In this document: positions 9,021-18,532 of the stretch, one piece after another
Layout of the letters: every line of letters begins with the position of its first letter
How positions within the stretch are numbered: position 1 is the first letter of the stretch
NCBI GenBank assembly: GCA_965247115.1
Contig: CBDFGR010000002.1
Coordinates: 416,001-480,000 of the forward strand
Direction: 5' to 3'
DNA length: 64,000 nucleotides
Origin: Myxococcota bacterium
GTDB taxonomy: Bacteria > Myxococcota_A > UBA9160 > SZUA-336
Notes under the pieces: generated by a model
Told to the model about the DNA's origin: nothing
The model's database searches: none
Seen by the model: the letters and a program-made list of their open reading frames with translations, nothing else
Made by a program: the position numbers and the translations under genes

Positions 9021-10715
9021 TTAGGCGGCGCTTGCGAGGTGGGCTTTCTGGTGGGCGCGGTTGGCGGCGCTGAGCACCGCCTCGAGCGACGCCCGTACGA
9101 TGTTCGCGTGGCGAGCGACGCCGAAGGACGTGGAGCCGGATCCGGTGGCGACCTCGACATAGGCTACTGCCAACGCGTCCGCTCCTACTCCGAGCGAGTG
9201 CTCGCTGTAGTCCGCAACGCGCAGGTCGATCCCGAGCTCGCTCCGCAGCCCGGCAACGAAGGCGTCGATCGGCCCGTTCCCCGTTCCGCGCAAGCTCCGA
9301 GGCTGACCGTGGACCACGATCCTGGCGTCGAGGTCGATCCGCTCCGCATTGTCCGGATCGGGCATCGCGTGGTGCTCCAGGTAGGAATAGGGTTCGCTCA
9401 TCGCCAGGTACTCACTCTCGAAGGCCTGCCAGAGCTGTTCGGGCGCAACCTCCGTGCCGGTCTTCTCCGCGAGCTTCTGGACCACCTGGCTGAACTCGAT
9501 CTGCAAGCGGCGCGGTAGGTGCAGTCCGTGGTCCTCCTCCATCACGTAGGCCACCCCACCCTTACCCGACTGGCTGTTGATGCGGACCAGGGCATCGTAG
9601 CTGCGGCCGATGTCGGCCGGATCGATGGGCAGGTACGGCACTTCCCAGCGCTCGGATCCGCCCCGACCCCGGGCGTCGAAGCCCTTCTTGATCGCGTCCT
9701 GGTGCGACCCGGAGAAGGCGGTGAACACGAGCTCTCCCGCGTAGGGATGCCGCGGGTGCACGGGCAGACGGGTGCAATGCTCCGCGATCTGTCGGAGCGC
9801 GTAGAGGTCGCTCAGGTCGAGCCCAGGATCGACGCCCTGCGTGTGCAGGTTCATGGCCAGCGTGATCACGTCGACGTTTCCGGTGCGTTCGCCGTTGCCG
9901 AACAGCGTTCCCTCCACACGCTCGGCCCCGGCCATCTGGGCCAGCTCGGCCGCAGCGACGGCCGTACCCCGATCGTTGTGCGGGTGAACGCTGAGGATGA
10001 TGGAGTCCCGTCCGGCGACACGGCGACCGAAGGCCTCGATCTGATCCGCGTAGATGTTCGGTGTCGCCATTTCGACGGTGGCCGGTAGGTTGACGATCAT
10101 GCGGCGCTCCGGCGTGGGACCCCATACCTGCATGACCGCCTCGCAGATCTCCAGTGCGAAAGGGAGCTCGGTGCCCGTGAAGCTCTCCGGCGAGTACTCG
10201 AAGACGATGTCGATCTCGGGCAGCTCGTCTGCGAGCTTGCGCACCAGCTCCGCGCCACGGACCGCGATGCCCACGATCCCTATGGGATCGAGACCAAACA
10301 CCACTCGGCGCTGGAGCTCGGACGTGGAGTTGTAGAGGTGGACAATCACGCGACGCGCACCTCGGATCGACTCGAAGGTGCGCCCGATGAGCTCGTCGCG
10401 TGCCTGTGTGAGCACCTGGATCGTGACGTCTTCGGGGATCCGATCCTTCTCGATCAGCTCGCGGACGAAGTCAAACTCCGTCTGTGAGGCGCTCGGAAAG
10501 CCGACCTCGATCTCCTTGAATCCGACGTCGACTAGCCCGTCGAACATGCGGCGCTTGCGCTCCACGCTCATCGGCTCGATCAGGGCCTGGTTTCCATCGC
10601 GCAGGTCCACACTGCACCAGGTCGGCGCGCGCTCGATCATGCGACCTGGCCAGCGCCGATCCGGCAGCCAGATCGGCTCGAAGGGCTGGTACTTGTGGTT
10701 GGGCATTGCGGTCAT
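9021..10715 (-). CDS. leuA: 2-isopropylmalate synthase (yeast/LEU4 type)
   Basis: SVDLRDGNQAL, HPHNDRG, GERTGN, RINSQSGKGG, GNGPID. Confidence 0.96.
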   Translation of the reverse strand: MTAMPNHKYQPFEPIWLPDRRWPGRMIERAPTWCSVDLRDGNQALIEPMSVERKRRMFDGLVDVGFKEIEVGFPSASQTEFDFVRELIEKDRIPEDVTIQVLTQARDELIGRTFESIRGARRVIVHLYNSTSELQRRVVFGLDPIGIVGIAVRGAELVRKLADELPEIDIVFEYSPESFTGTELPFALEICEAVMQVWGPTPERRMIVNLPATVEMATPNIYADQIEAFGRRVAGRDSIILSVHPHNDRGTAVAAAELAQMAGAERVEGTLFGNGERTGNVDVITLAMNLHTQGVDPGLDLSDLYALRQIAEHCTRLPVHPRHPYAGELVFTAFSGSHQDAIKKGFDARGRGGSERWEVPYLPIDPADIGRSYDALVRINSQSGKGGVAYVMEEDHGLHLPRRLQIEFSQVVQKLAEKTGTEVAPEQLWQAFESEYLAMSEPYSYLEHHAMPDPDNAERIDLDARIVVHGQPRSLRGTGNGPIDAFVAGLRSELGIDLRVADYSEHSLGVGADALAVAYVEVATGSGSTSFGVARHANIVRASLEAVLSAANRAHQKAHLASAA

Positions 10716-11155
10716 CTTCGTTCCTCACGGCCGGTCGACCCGGGGCCGCCGACCTCACTCGGTGAAAGCTCGGAAAGCGCGTGCGATTGCAGGGCGGTTA
10801 CGGCCATCGGCAGGCCAGTGATCGGGCCGACGACCGCCGCTAAGGGCGAGGCCGAAGAACGAGCAGCGCTGGGAGGCGTGGAAAACGCTCATGGTATGCG
10901 AACCTTGTTCGAGAAACAGACAGACTACGGAGAGAAAGGGATCGTCCCGGCGCCCTCAGGCGACCGGGCCGCTAAGCCTCTCCAGGAGAATCTGTCGGTC
11001 GGTTCGCAACATCGAGCCCGGCACGTTACACACCGCGCCCGCGGCGGTCAAGCAGAAGCGCGCAGTTTCGGTCGCGCATTGGCCGAATCTGGTGAACACC
11101 CGCGCAGCGGGAGTCCGCGGGCGGCGCCTCCCGGCGTCCCGAGCCGGCATGCCGC

Positions 11156-12340
11156 TTGCTCGGCTCTGCTGGAAGTTGGGAGGCGAGAGGTGAACGAGAG
11201 GATACCGCGCGTTGGCTGCGCCGGCGACGCAATCGCCTCCCGGTGCTCGCTCTGGTCGAGACCAAGGAGCTTCCGGAGGCCTCCGAGCTCTTCGGGTCTG
11301 GTGTCGAAGAGCTCGTGGTGAGAAACGCATCGGCCCGCGAGAACTTGATCGCGCGAGTGGACAGCTTGCGTCCGCGCGATTCTGGCGAGCCGCGCATGAG
11401 GGGCGTCGAACGCATCGCCGCCCGGAGTCCCGCGATGCGCGCGGTGCTGCAGCTCGTCGAGAAGGCGCAGCGGAGTCGGGCCACGGTCTTGATCCAGGGA
11501 GAAACCGGCACGGGCAAGGAAGTGATCGCTCGCGCGGTCCACGAAGGGGGTCGCAATCGCCGCGGGCCCTTCGTCGCACTCAACTGCGCCGCCTTTCCCG
11601 AGACGCTGCTCGAGAGCGAGCTCTTCGGCTCCGAACGAGGCGCCTTCACCGGAGCGAACCGCTCGCGCGCTGGTCACTTCGAGCAGGCAAGCGGGGGCAC
11701 GCTGTTCCTCGACGAGATCGGAGAGACCTCGCTCGGCTTTCAGGTCAAGCTGCTCCGCGCCATCCAGGAAGGGGTCATCCGCCGGCTCGGCGCTACCCGT
11801 GAAGTGCGCGTGGACGTGCGGATCGTGGCGGCAACGAACCGTGAGCTAGAGCACTCGGTGGAGCTCGGAGAGTTCCGGCGCGATCTCTACTATCGGCTCA
11901 ACGTCTTCCCGATTTCGATGCCGCCGCTACGCGCGCGCTGCGAGGACATCGTTCCGCTGGTTCGCCAGTTTCTCGAGGCCAGTCCAGACAACGACTCGCT
12001 CCGGGACGTCTCCGAAGACGCCGCTCGTCTGCTTGAGACCTACACCTGGCCGGGAAACGTCCGCGAGCTGGAGAACGAAGTCGCACGGATGATCGCTCAC
12101 GCGACCGGCGAAGCGGAGCTGACGGCCCGCATGCTCTCCCCCCAGATTCGCGACGTCTCGCCGGCATTGCCCGGCGAGCTCTCCTCGGAGAGCCTGCGGG
12201 AGACCATGGCCCGCTTCGAAGCCTGGGTGCTTCGCGGAGCGTTGGAGCGCCACGGTCAGCGCCGCATCGCCACCGCGCGAAGCCTGGGCATCACGCGCGA
12301 GTGTCTCTACAAGAAGCTGAAGCGGTATGGGATGCAGTAG
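11156..12340 (+). CDS. Sigma54-dependent enhancer-binding activator (start uncertain)
   Basis: GETGTGKE, GAFTGA, FLDEIG, WPGNVREL and C-terminal HTH. Confidence 0.92.
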   Translation: MLGSAGSWEARGEREDTARWLRRRRNRLPVLALVETKELPEASELFGSGVEELVVRNASARENLIARVDSLRPRDSGEPRMRGVERIAARSPAMRAVLQLVEKAQRSRATVLIQGETGTGKEVIARAVHEGGRNRRGPFVALNCAAFPETLLESELFGSERGAFTGANRSRAGHFEQASGGTLFLDEIGETSLGFQVKLLRAIQEGVIRRLGATREVRVDVRIVAATNRELEHSVELGEFRRDLYYRLNVFPISMPPLRARCEDIVPLVRQFLEASPDNDSLRDVSEDAARLLETYTWPGNVRELENEVARMIAHATGEAELTARMLSPQIRDVSPALPGELSSESLRETMARFEAWVLRGALERHGQRRIATARSLGITRECLYKKLKRYGMQ

Positions 12341-12369
12341 TGGACATGCGGATCGCATGTAGATATGTT
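12341..12369 (+). promoter_or_regulatory. vapBC promoter with palindromic operator
   Basis: TGGACA-17 nt-TATGTT overlapped by the inverted repeat ACATGCG-gat-CGCATGT (12344-12360). Confidence 0.6.
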
Positions 12370-12375
12370 TTGTGC

Positions 12376-12621
12376 ATGGGAATGGTCCAGATCAGGAACG
12401 TCCCAGACGGTCTCCACCGGGAGCTAAAGGCGAGAGCCGCGCTGGCTGGGATGTCGCTGTCGGACTACCTGCTTCGCGTCCTGCGTAGAGAGGTCGACCG
12501 GCCCTCGCGGGAGCAGTGGCTGCGTGAGCTCTCGGAGCGCGAGCCGATCGATGTCGGAACGCTGCCGGAGGAGATCATTCGGGAGCAGCGCGGACCGCTC
12601 CCCGTCGATGAGGACAACTGA
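12376..12621 (+). CDS. vapB: FitA/VapB-like ribbon-helix-helix antitoxin
   Basis: MVQIRNVPDGLHRELKARAALAGMSLSDYL RHH signature, upstream of a PIN toxin. Confidence 0.85.
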   Translation: MGMVQIRNVPDGLHRELKARAALAGMSLSDYLLRVLRREVDRPSREQWLRELSEREPIDVGTLPEEIIREQRGPLPVDEDN

Positions 12622-12627
12622 GCTGCA

Positions 12628-13020
12628 GTGCTTGTCCTAGATGCGTCGGCCCTGGTGCACCTGGTGGTCCCTTCCGGGCACGCCGCCTACCTGCAGCGGG
12701 CGATCGACGATCCAGAGGAAACGCTCCACGCTCCGCACCTGATAGACGTCGAGGTGACGCACGCTCTGCGCGGCCTGACGCGGCGGGGTGCGATCACGGA
12801 ACGCGTAGCGGCGCTCGCGCTACGCACCGCGTTGGGAGTCGATCTCCAGCGCTACGCCCACACGGACCTGCTGCCGCGGGTCTGGGAGCTGCGCCACAAT
12901 GCGACGGCGGACGATGCAATCTATCTCGCGCTGGCCGAGGTGCTCCGAGCACCGCTCGTAACCCGAGATGCACGGCTCCGAGACGTTCCCAGCTGTCGAG
13001 CGCACATAGAAGTGATCTGA
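12628..13020 (+). CDS. vapC: VapC PIN-domain toxin
   Basis: VLDASA, E in DVEV, DAIYLALAE and LVTRD acidic PIN motifs. Confidence 0.9.
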   Translation: MLVLDASALVHLVVPSGHAAYLQRAIDDPEETLHAPHLIDVEVTHALRGLTRRGAITERVAALALRTALGVDLQRYAHTDLLPRVWELRHNATADDAIYLALAEVLRAPLVTRDARLRDVPSCRAHIEVI

Positions 13021-13080
13021 TGAACGTGCGCAGCCATACGCAAGCCGAGCGGAACATTGATCTTCACTTGTTGACTCACT

Positions 13081-13968
13081 CTAAGAACCCTGAGTCGCTC
13101 CCTTGAGGCGGGCGATCCGCTCGTCGAGCGATGGGTGCGTCGAGAAAAGTCTGCGCAGTCCGCCAGCGCGGCCGCCAGAGATCCCGAACGCGGCCAGCTG
13201 ATCGGGGAGTGGCTCGGCTCCCGCCTTCAAGCGCTCCAGCGCGGCGACCATCTTGCCGGTCCCCGCCAGACGGGCGCCGCCGGCATCCGCGCGAAATTCG
13301 CGCAGACGCGAGAACCACATGACGATCACGCTGGCCAGCACCGCAAGCACGAGCTGCGCGATGATCGAGGTCACGTAGTAGGCGATGCCGTGACCACGTT
13401 CCGTCTTGAACACGACCCTGTCCACGTAGTGGCCAATGATCCGCGCGAAGAAGATCACGAAGGTGTTCACAACGCCCTGGATCAGGGCAAGCGTCACCAT
13501 GTCGCCGTTCGCGATGTGACTCACCTCGTGTCCCAGTACTGCGTCCACCTCGTCGCGCTGCATGCGCTGCAGCAGGCCCGTGCTCACGGCCACGAGCGCA
13601 CTGTTGCGGCGAGCACCCGTCGCGAAGGCGTTGGGAGTGGGGGACTCGAAGATCGCAACCTGGGGAGCGCCAATTCCCGCGGCCTCCGCGTGCTGGTGCA
13701 CCCTCTGTACCAGCCAGCTCTCGGTCTCGCCCCGCGGGTCAGCGATCACCTGCGCGCCCGTCATGCGCTTGGCGACCCATTTCGACATCGCAAGCGAGAT
13801 GAACGACCCGCCCATGCCGATGACGAGCGCCATCACGAACAGGCTACCGAGGTTCAGATCGACGCCCCGCTCATCGAGCACGCCCTCCAAGCCCAGCAGC
13901 TGGAAGACGGTCCCCAGCACCATGAGGATGGCGAGGTTTGTCAGGAGAAACAGAAGGATTCGCTTCAT
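13081..13968 (-). CDS. htpX: Membrane zinc metalloprotease HtpX
   Basis: NAFATG, HEVSH, NGDMVT, REFRAD, THPSL. Confidence 0.96.
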   Translation of the reverse strand: MKRILLFLLTNLAILMVLGTVFQLLGLEGVLDERGVDLNLGSLFVMALVIGMGGSFISLAMSKWVAKRMTGAQVIADPRGETESWLVQRVHQHAEAAGIGAPQVAIFESPTPNAFATGARRNSALVAVSTGLLQRMQRDEVDAVLGHEVSHIANGDMVTLALIQGVVNTFVIFFARIIGHYVDRVVFKTERGHGIAYYVTSIIAQLVLAVLASVIVMWFSRLREFRADAGGARLAGTGKMVAALERLKAGAEPLPDQLAAFGISGGRAGGLRRLFSTHPSLDERIARLKGATQGS

Positions 13969-14119
13969 CTGGTGCTCCAGCTTCGATCGGGCGGACTCTA
14001 TCGAATCGGGACTTGCCCGGCTCTCAGAGGCGCACCAACGCTGCAGGCGCGACCTAGCACCTGAAGCTCAGGGGCTGCACCCCGAGCCTGGAGGGAGGCC
14101 AGCCGAGGCCGTTGCCGGA

Positions 14120-14135
14120 CGGCACGGCCTTTGCT
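14120..14135 (+). promoter_or_regulatory. Putative sigma54 -24/-12 promoter
   Basis: cGGCACGGCCTTTGCt has GG-N10-GC spacing, upstream of a pspA-containing operon. Confidence 0.6.
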
Positions 14136-14147
14136 CTACCCACCGGC

Positions 14148-14970
14148 ATGAACACGTCCAGTCATTGGGACGACGAAGTGGAGCGGGGATTCGAGGGAAG
14201 GGCCGAGCGCCACGATCAGGCTCACAAGCGGGCGCAGGCCTACGCGGCCCGCAGGAGCGCCTTCTGGGAGGAGTTCGTCCGCTACCTCGGGGTCACGCTG
14301 CTCCTGCTCTGGATCGTCCGGCCGCTGGGAGTCGTCGTCGCGATCTGCTGGGGGCTCAAGCTGTGGACTCGCTACTCGCGTCTTCACGTCGCTCCCAGAC
14401 TGAGGGAGCACTGGACCGAGCGTGAGCTCGAGCGGCAGGCGCGGCGGGCACCGCGGCGCCGCGCTCGCCACCGCGGCGCGAGTAAGCCCTCGGAAGCACG
14501 AGACCTGCTCGAGCGCGTGGGTGACGACCCGGATTCTTCGGTGAACCTGCGGCTCGCCCGAGACGCCCTTGCCGATGCCGAGCGTTTCAGCGGCTCGGAC
14601 AGCGGCACTTCGGAGGCTTCTTCGGCGCATGGCACCGCCTTCAACGTTGCCGACGTCCTCGAGCAAACCCTGGCTTCGCAACGCGAGCGGCTGGAGCGCG
14701 GGGGGATCGGGCTGTCCGTGGAGTTCGACAGCGTTGGCCGCATTCGGGGCCGACGCAAGCCAGCTGGCGACCGCCTTTTGCGAAGTGCTGGAGTCGGCCA
14801 TCGACTCGCTTGAAGCGAGCCAGACTCCGCGGCCTCGCATCGAGGTGGAGATGGGAGAGAACCTCGCCCGAACGCAGGTCTGGGTGCGGATCCGTCACAA
14901 CGGGCCCAGCCCGGGCTCGCGCGACGACGAGGAGATCATTCTTTCAAAGAACGGGGAGGAACAGTCATGA
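14148..14970 (+). pseudogene. Membrane protein with degenerate histidine-kinase ATPase-like C-terminus, frameshifted near 14750
   Basis: Two TM helices; removing one C joins ...VGRIRG to DASQLATAFCEVLESAIDSL...VWVRIRHNGP. Confidence 0.55.
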
Positions 14971-15716
14971 CAAGCGAACGACCGCGTGGGTTTTTTCGGC
15001 GCGTGAGGAGCCTCATCCAGGGCGTGTTTGGAAGCTGGATCCGGGACCGCGAGCACGAGAACCCGAGAGCCGTATACGAGAGCGCCATCCAGGAGCGCAT
15101 GAGCCACTACGCACAGCTCAAGCAGGCGGTGGCCGGGATTCTGTACATGCGCAACAAGCTGCACGCCGAGATTCGCGAGCGCCGGAGCGAGATCAGTCGC
15201 GTGCGCGAGGACATCGACCGTGCGGTGAAGCGCGCGGACGACGAGGTCGCCCTCGCGCTCATCTCGCATCGGGACTCCTTACAAGGGGACCTCGAGCGGT
15301 CCGAGGGAGAGCTCGACGCCGTTCGGCGCGAGGTCGACAGCTCGCGCAAGAACCTGATCACGTTCCGCAGCGAGATCCAGGCGCTCGAACGCGAGAAGGT
15401 GCGGATGCTCGCCTCGCTGGCCAGCTCCCGCGCCAGGCGCCGCATCCAGAACGCGCTGGAGGGACTGTCCGTGGAGGGCGACATGCGCGCGCTCGAGTCT
15501 GTCCGCGAGCACATCGGCCATCTGGAAGCAGAAGGCCGGGTGGAGCTCGAGGTCGAGGATGGGGGTCTGCAGAAGCGCATGAAGCAGATCCGCGCCGAGG
15601 CACGTCTGGAAGGTGCGCGCCGCGAGCTCGAGGAGATGAAGCGCGCACTCGGCACCGAGCGCCTCCCGCGTCCGGAGACGGACAACAGCAGAGTGGTCAG
15701 CCTCTCCCCGAGCTGA
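14967..15716 (+). CDS. pspA: PspA/IM30 family protein
   Basis: N-terminal FFRRV amphipathic helix, ENP motif, long coiled coil, ELEEMK end. Confidence 0.85.
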   Translation: MTSERPRGFFRRVRSLIQGVFGSWIRDREHENPRAVYESAIQERMSHYAQLKQAVAGILYMRNKLHAEIRERRSEISRVREDIDRAVKRADDEVALALISHRDSLQGDLERSEGELDAVRREVDSSRKNLITFRSEIQALEREKVRMLASLASSRARRRIQNALEGLSVEGDMRALESVREHIGHLEAEGRVELEVEDGGLQKRMKQIRAEARLEGARRELEEMKRALGTERLPRPETDNSRVVSLSPS

Positions 15717-15739
15717 GAGCAGCCATCACGCCCGAAGGC

Positions 15740-15770
15740 AGGCCCCCGGTGCCAGGCGTACCGGGGGCCT
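15740..15770 (+). terminator. Hairpin after pspA
   Basis: AGGCCCCCGGT...ACCGGGGGCCT stem. Confidence 0.5.
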
Positions 15771-15823
15771 TGCTCCGCAAGGGCCGCGTTCGCGGCGTTT
15801 GCGGAGAAGACTACTCTCCGGGC

Positions 15824-16540
15824 GTGCGACCCGTCATCGGCATGCCTACCTGCCTCGACGATCGAGGCCGGTGGAGAAGTGGCCGCAGGTATCACTACGT
15901 CGATGCCAGCTACGCCAGCGCGCTAGGGATCGCGGGCGCGCTGCCGCTCTACCTGCCGCTCTCGAGCGATCCCGCACCGCTCATCCAAAAAATCGACGCG
16001 CTGCTGCTGCCGGGCGGCGACGACATCCCTCCCCCCGTCCCCTACCCCGCGCACGTGCGCTTCGACCCGGCGCCGGAGGATCAGCTCGCGTTCGACCGCG
16101 CGCTGCTCGATGCAGCCCTCACGCGGAACTTGCCCGTGCTTGGCATCTGCTACGGCGCCCAGCTCCTGGTCCTTCGCGAGGCGGGCGCGCTCCACTACGA
16201 CATCGCGAACGACGTGCCGGCCGCCGCTCCGCACAAGCTCGATGAATCTTGCGGGCGGCACGCCATCTCGGTCGAACCGGGCACCCGACTCGCCTCCGTC
16301 CTGGGCCAGCCCCTAGATCCCGTGAACAGCCTGCACCACCAGGGCATCGCAGACGCCGGTCCGAGCCTGCGCGTCGCCGCTCGTGCACCGGACGGAACGA
16401 TCGAGGCGGTCGAGGCACCGGGCCCCGTGTTTACCCTCGGCGTACAGTGGCATCCAGAGAAGCTCGCTGGGTCGCACCGCGAGCTGCTGTTCCGCGCCTT
16501 CGTCTCAGCCGCCGAGGGATACCGCCAGGAAAGCCGCTAA
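15824..16540 (+). CDS. Peptidase C26 gamma-glutamyl hydrolase (PuuD-like)
   Basis: LLPGGDD, LGICYGAQ, VNSLHHQ, GVQWHPE. Confidence 0.9.
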   Translation: MRPVIGMPTCLDDRGRWRSGRRYHYVDASYASALGIAGALPLYLPLSSDPAPLIQKIDALLLPGGDDIPPPVPYPAHVRFDPAPEDQLAFDRALLDAALTRNLPVLGICYGAQLLVLREAGALHYDIANDVPAAAPHKLDESCGRHAISVEPGTRLASVLGQPLDPVNSLHHQGIADAGPSLRVAARAPDGTIEAVEAPGPVFTLGVQWHPEKLAGSHRELLFRAFVSAAEGYRQESR

Positions 16541-16766
16541 CCCGCAACCAGGTGCCGCGCGCCTCCGCGAGAAAGGGCTCGATGTTGGATGTGCTCGGGC
16601 TCTTGCGCACGGGGTGGTTGGACAGCTCGGTCAGCTGGGTCAGGTCTGCGCCAGTCGCGCAGCGGATCTCGAGCGGCCTCTGGGATGTAGAGTGCCAGGA
16701 TGCTCGACCCGACCGCCGGACGCGCTACCCTCGCGCGTTCCGCTTGATACCCACATCGCACAGCCC

Positions 16767-17282
16767 GTGAATACGCTCTGGATATTCGGCTACGCTCGCT
16801 CGTCTGGCGTCCCGCGTTCCCACACCGTGAGCGTCGGGCGGCCTTCATCGAGGGCTGGGAGCGACGCTTCTGGCAAGGCTCGACGGACCACCGGGGCGTG
16901 CCAGGGGCGCCAGGACGAGTCGTTACACTGGTGCCCTGCGAGGGTAAGACCTGCTGGGGCATGGCCTACCACGTGCCGGGCGAGGACGTCGCCGCCACCC
17001 TCGACCAGCTCGACCACCGAGAACGCGGAGGCTACGCGCGCCGGAACGTGACGCTCGAGTTCCGCGACGGCGAGCGAGTGGACGGGCTGATCTACGTCGC
17101 CACGCCTGCCAACCACAACTTCCTGGGACCCGCGGAGCTGATGGAGATCGCCACACAAGTCAGGGATGCCTCTGGACCGAGCGGCACGAACCAGGAGTAC
17201 GTCCCTACGGCTGGCAGATGCGCTGCGCGAGATCGATGCGGAAGACCCGCACGTCTTCGCCCTCGAAGCCCTCCTACGCTGA
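16767..17282 (+). pseudogene. chaC: ChaC-family gamma-glutamylcyclotransferase with two apparent frameshifts
   Basis: WIFGY(G)SLVWRP...FWQGSTDHRG...PGRVVTL...LDHRE...GPSGTNQEY; one base missing near 16794, one extra near 17203. Confidence 0.8.
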
Positions 17283-17290
17283 CAGAACAA

Positions 17291-17600
17291 GTCATGTGGG
17301 ACCCGGCCGCGGGCGTCCGCGGCCACCCACCTCCGCTCAGGGCTACGCCCTTCGCTGCGCGCGGCGCCGCCCGCGCCGCTTGCAGGGAGGTGCGACGGCG
17401 GTCAGAACTGAACTTGGGAACCGGCCAGAGAAGTGAAGATTAAGGACCGTCCCCAAGTTGAGATTCCGTGGAGAACCGGCAACCCCCTACGGGGCTTGGC
17501 ACCCATGCAAGCGCCGCGGAAACGCGGCGCGCGCAGCGAAGGCCGTAGGCCTGAGCGGAGGTGGGTGGCCGCGGACGCCCGCGGCCGGGTCCCACAAGAC
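17291..17600. repeat. Inverted pair of REP-like copies E (17291-17383, +) and F (17507-17600, -)
   Basis: Two consensus copies in inverted orientation around a ~123 nt spacer. Confidence 0.9.
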
Positions 17601-17615
17601 CCGGTCCCACGTGAC

Positions 17616-18035
17616 TCAGTCGTCGTCGCCGACGGGGCGGCGGCCGCGCTTCAGGGTCGAGCGCTTGCGCTTCTCGCGCAGCCGCTTCGCCACCGCTGCA
17701 CGGCCCGGCCGGGTCCGCTTCCGCGGCCGCGGAGCCCGCGCGACCTCCTCTAGCATGTCCCGAAGCTTCTCGAGACAGTCGCCGACGTTCCGACCCTGGT
17801 CACGAAAGCGCTGACTCGTCAGTACGAGATCGCCATCGCGAGAAACGCGTCGACCGTAGCGTGCGACGAAGCGGTGCCGCACGTCCTCGGACAGGCTCGG
17901 GCTCCGTTCCACGTTCCAGTGCATGGTCACCTTGGTGTTGAGCTTGTTCACGTTCTGGCCGCCCGGACCCGAGCTGCGCGAGAAGCCGAAGCGAAGCTCG
18001 CGCAACGGGATCTCGATCGTTCCGACGTGCAACAT
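17616..18035 (-). CDS. arfB: Alternative ribosome rescue peptidyl-tRNA hydrolase
   Basis: SSGPGGQNVNK, SQRFRDQ and basic C-terminal tail. Confidence 0.93.
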   Translation of the reverse strand: MLHVGTIEIPLRELRFGFSRSSGPGGQNVNKLNTKVTMHWNVERSPSLSEDVRHRFVARYGRRVSRDGDLVLTSQRFRDQGRNVGDCLEKLRDMLEEVARAPRPRKRTRPGRAAVAKRLREKRKRSTLKRGRRPVGDDD

Positions 18036-18105
18036 CTCGGGAAGTCTAGTGCGCTCGCGGCTCGGTCGCCTTGACCGGCGCCGGCGCTCGGGAAAGAATC
18101 GCACG

Positions 18106-18525
18106 GTGGCCGACTCCGCACCCGCACCCCCTACCGGCGCACGCTCCTCGACCCTTCGCTACCGCGTGCCTTTCTACGACACCGACGGCATGCGCATCGT
18201 GCACCACGCGAACTTTGTGCGCTATTTGGAGCTTGCGCGCATTCTCTTTCTCGACGAGCACGATGTGCCGTACAAGCAGTACGTCGACCAGGGTCTCCAC
18301 TTTGCAGTGACGAACGTGGAGCTGGCATACAAGCGGGCGGCCTCGTTCGACGATCTTCTCGACGTCACGTGCTGGGCCCAGTCGGTTCGCGGAGCATCGC
18401 TGCGCATCGGCTACAGCATCCACCGAGGAGACGAGCTGATCGCAACCGCCGAAACTCGTCACGCCAGGGTGACGGACGCCGGCCGACCCGTGCGGATCCC
18501 GCCCGAACGCCGCAGCACTTGCTAG
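18106..18525 (+). CDS. YbgC/4HBT-family acyl-CoA thioesterase
   Basis: RVPFYDTDGMRIVHHANFVRYLELAR. Confidence 0.88.
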   Translation: MADSAPAPPTGARSSTLRYRVPFYDTDGMRIVHHANFVRYLELARILFLDEHDVPYKQYVDQGLHFAVTNVELAYKRAASFDDLLDVTCWAQSVRGASLRIGYSIHRGDELIATAETRHARVTDAGRPVRIPPERRSTC

Positions 18526-18532
18526 GTCTTGT

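Noticed and set aside
14810..15823. N-terminal extension of the 576-aa ORF
   Set aside because: Overlaps pspA out of frame; the real hydrolase starts near 15824
16537..16766. Small gene between the C26 hydrolase and chaC
   Set aside because: No frame with a convincing start, SD or motif
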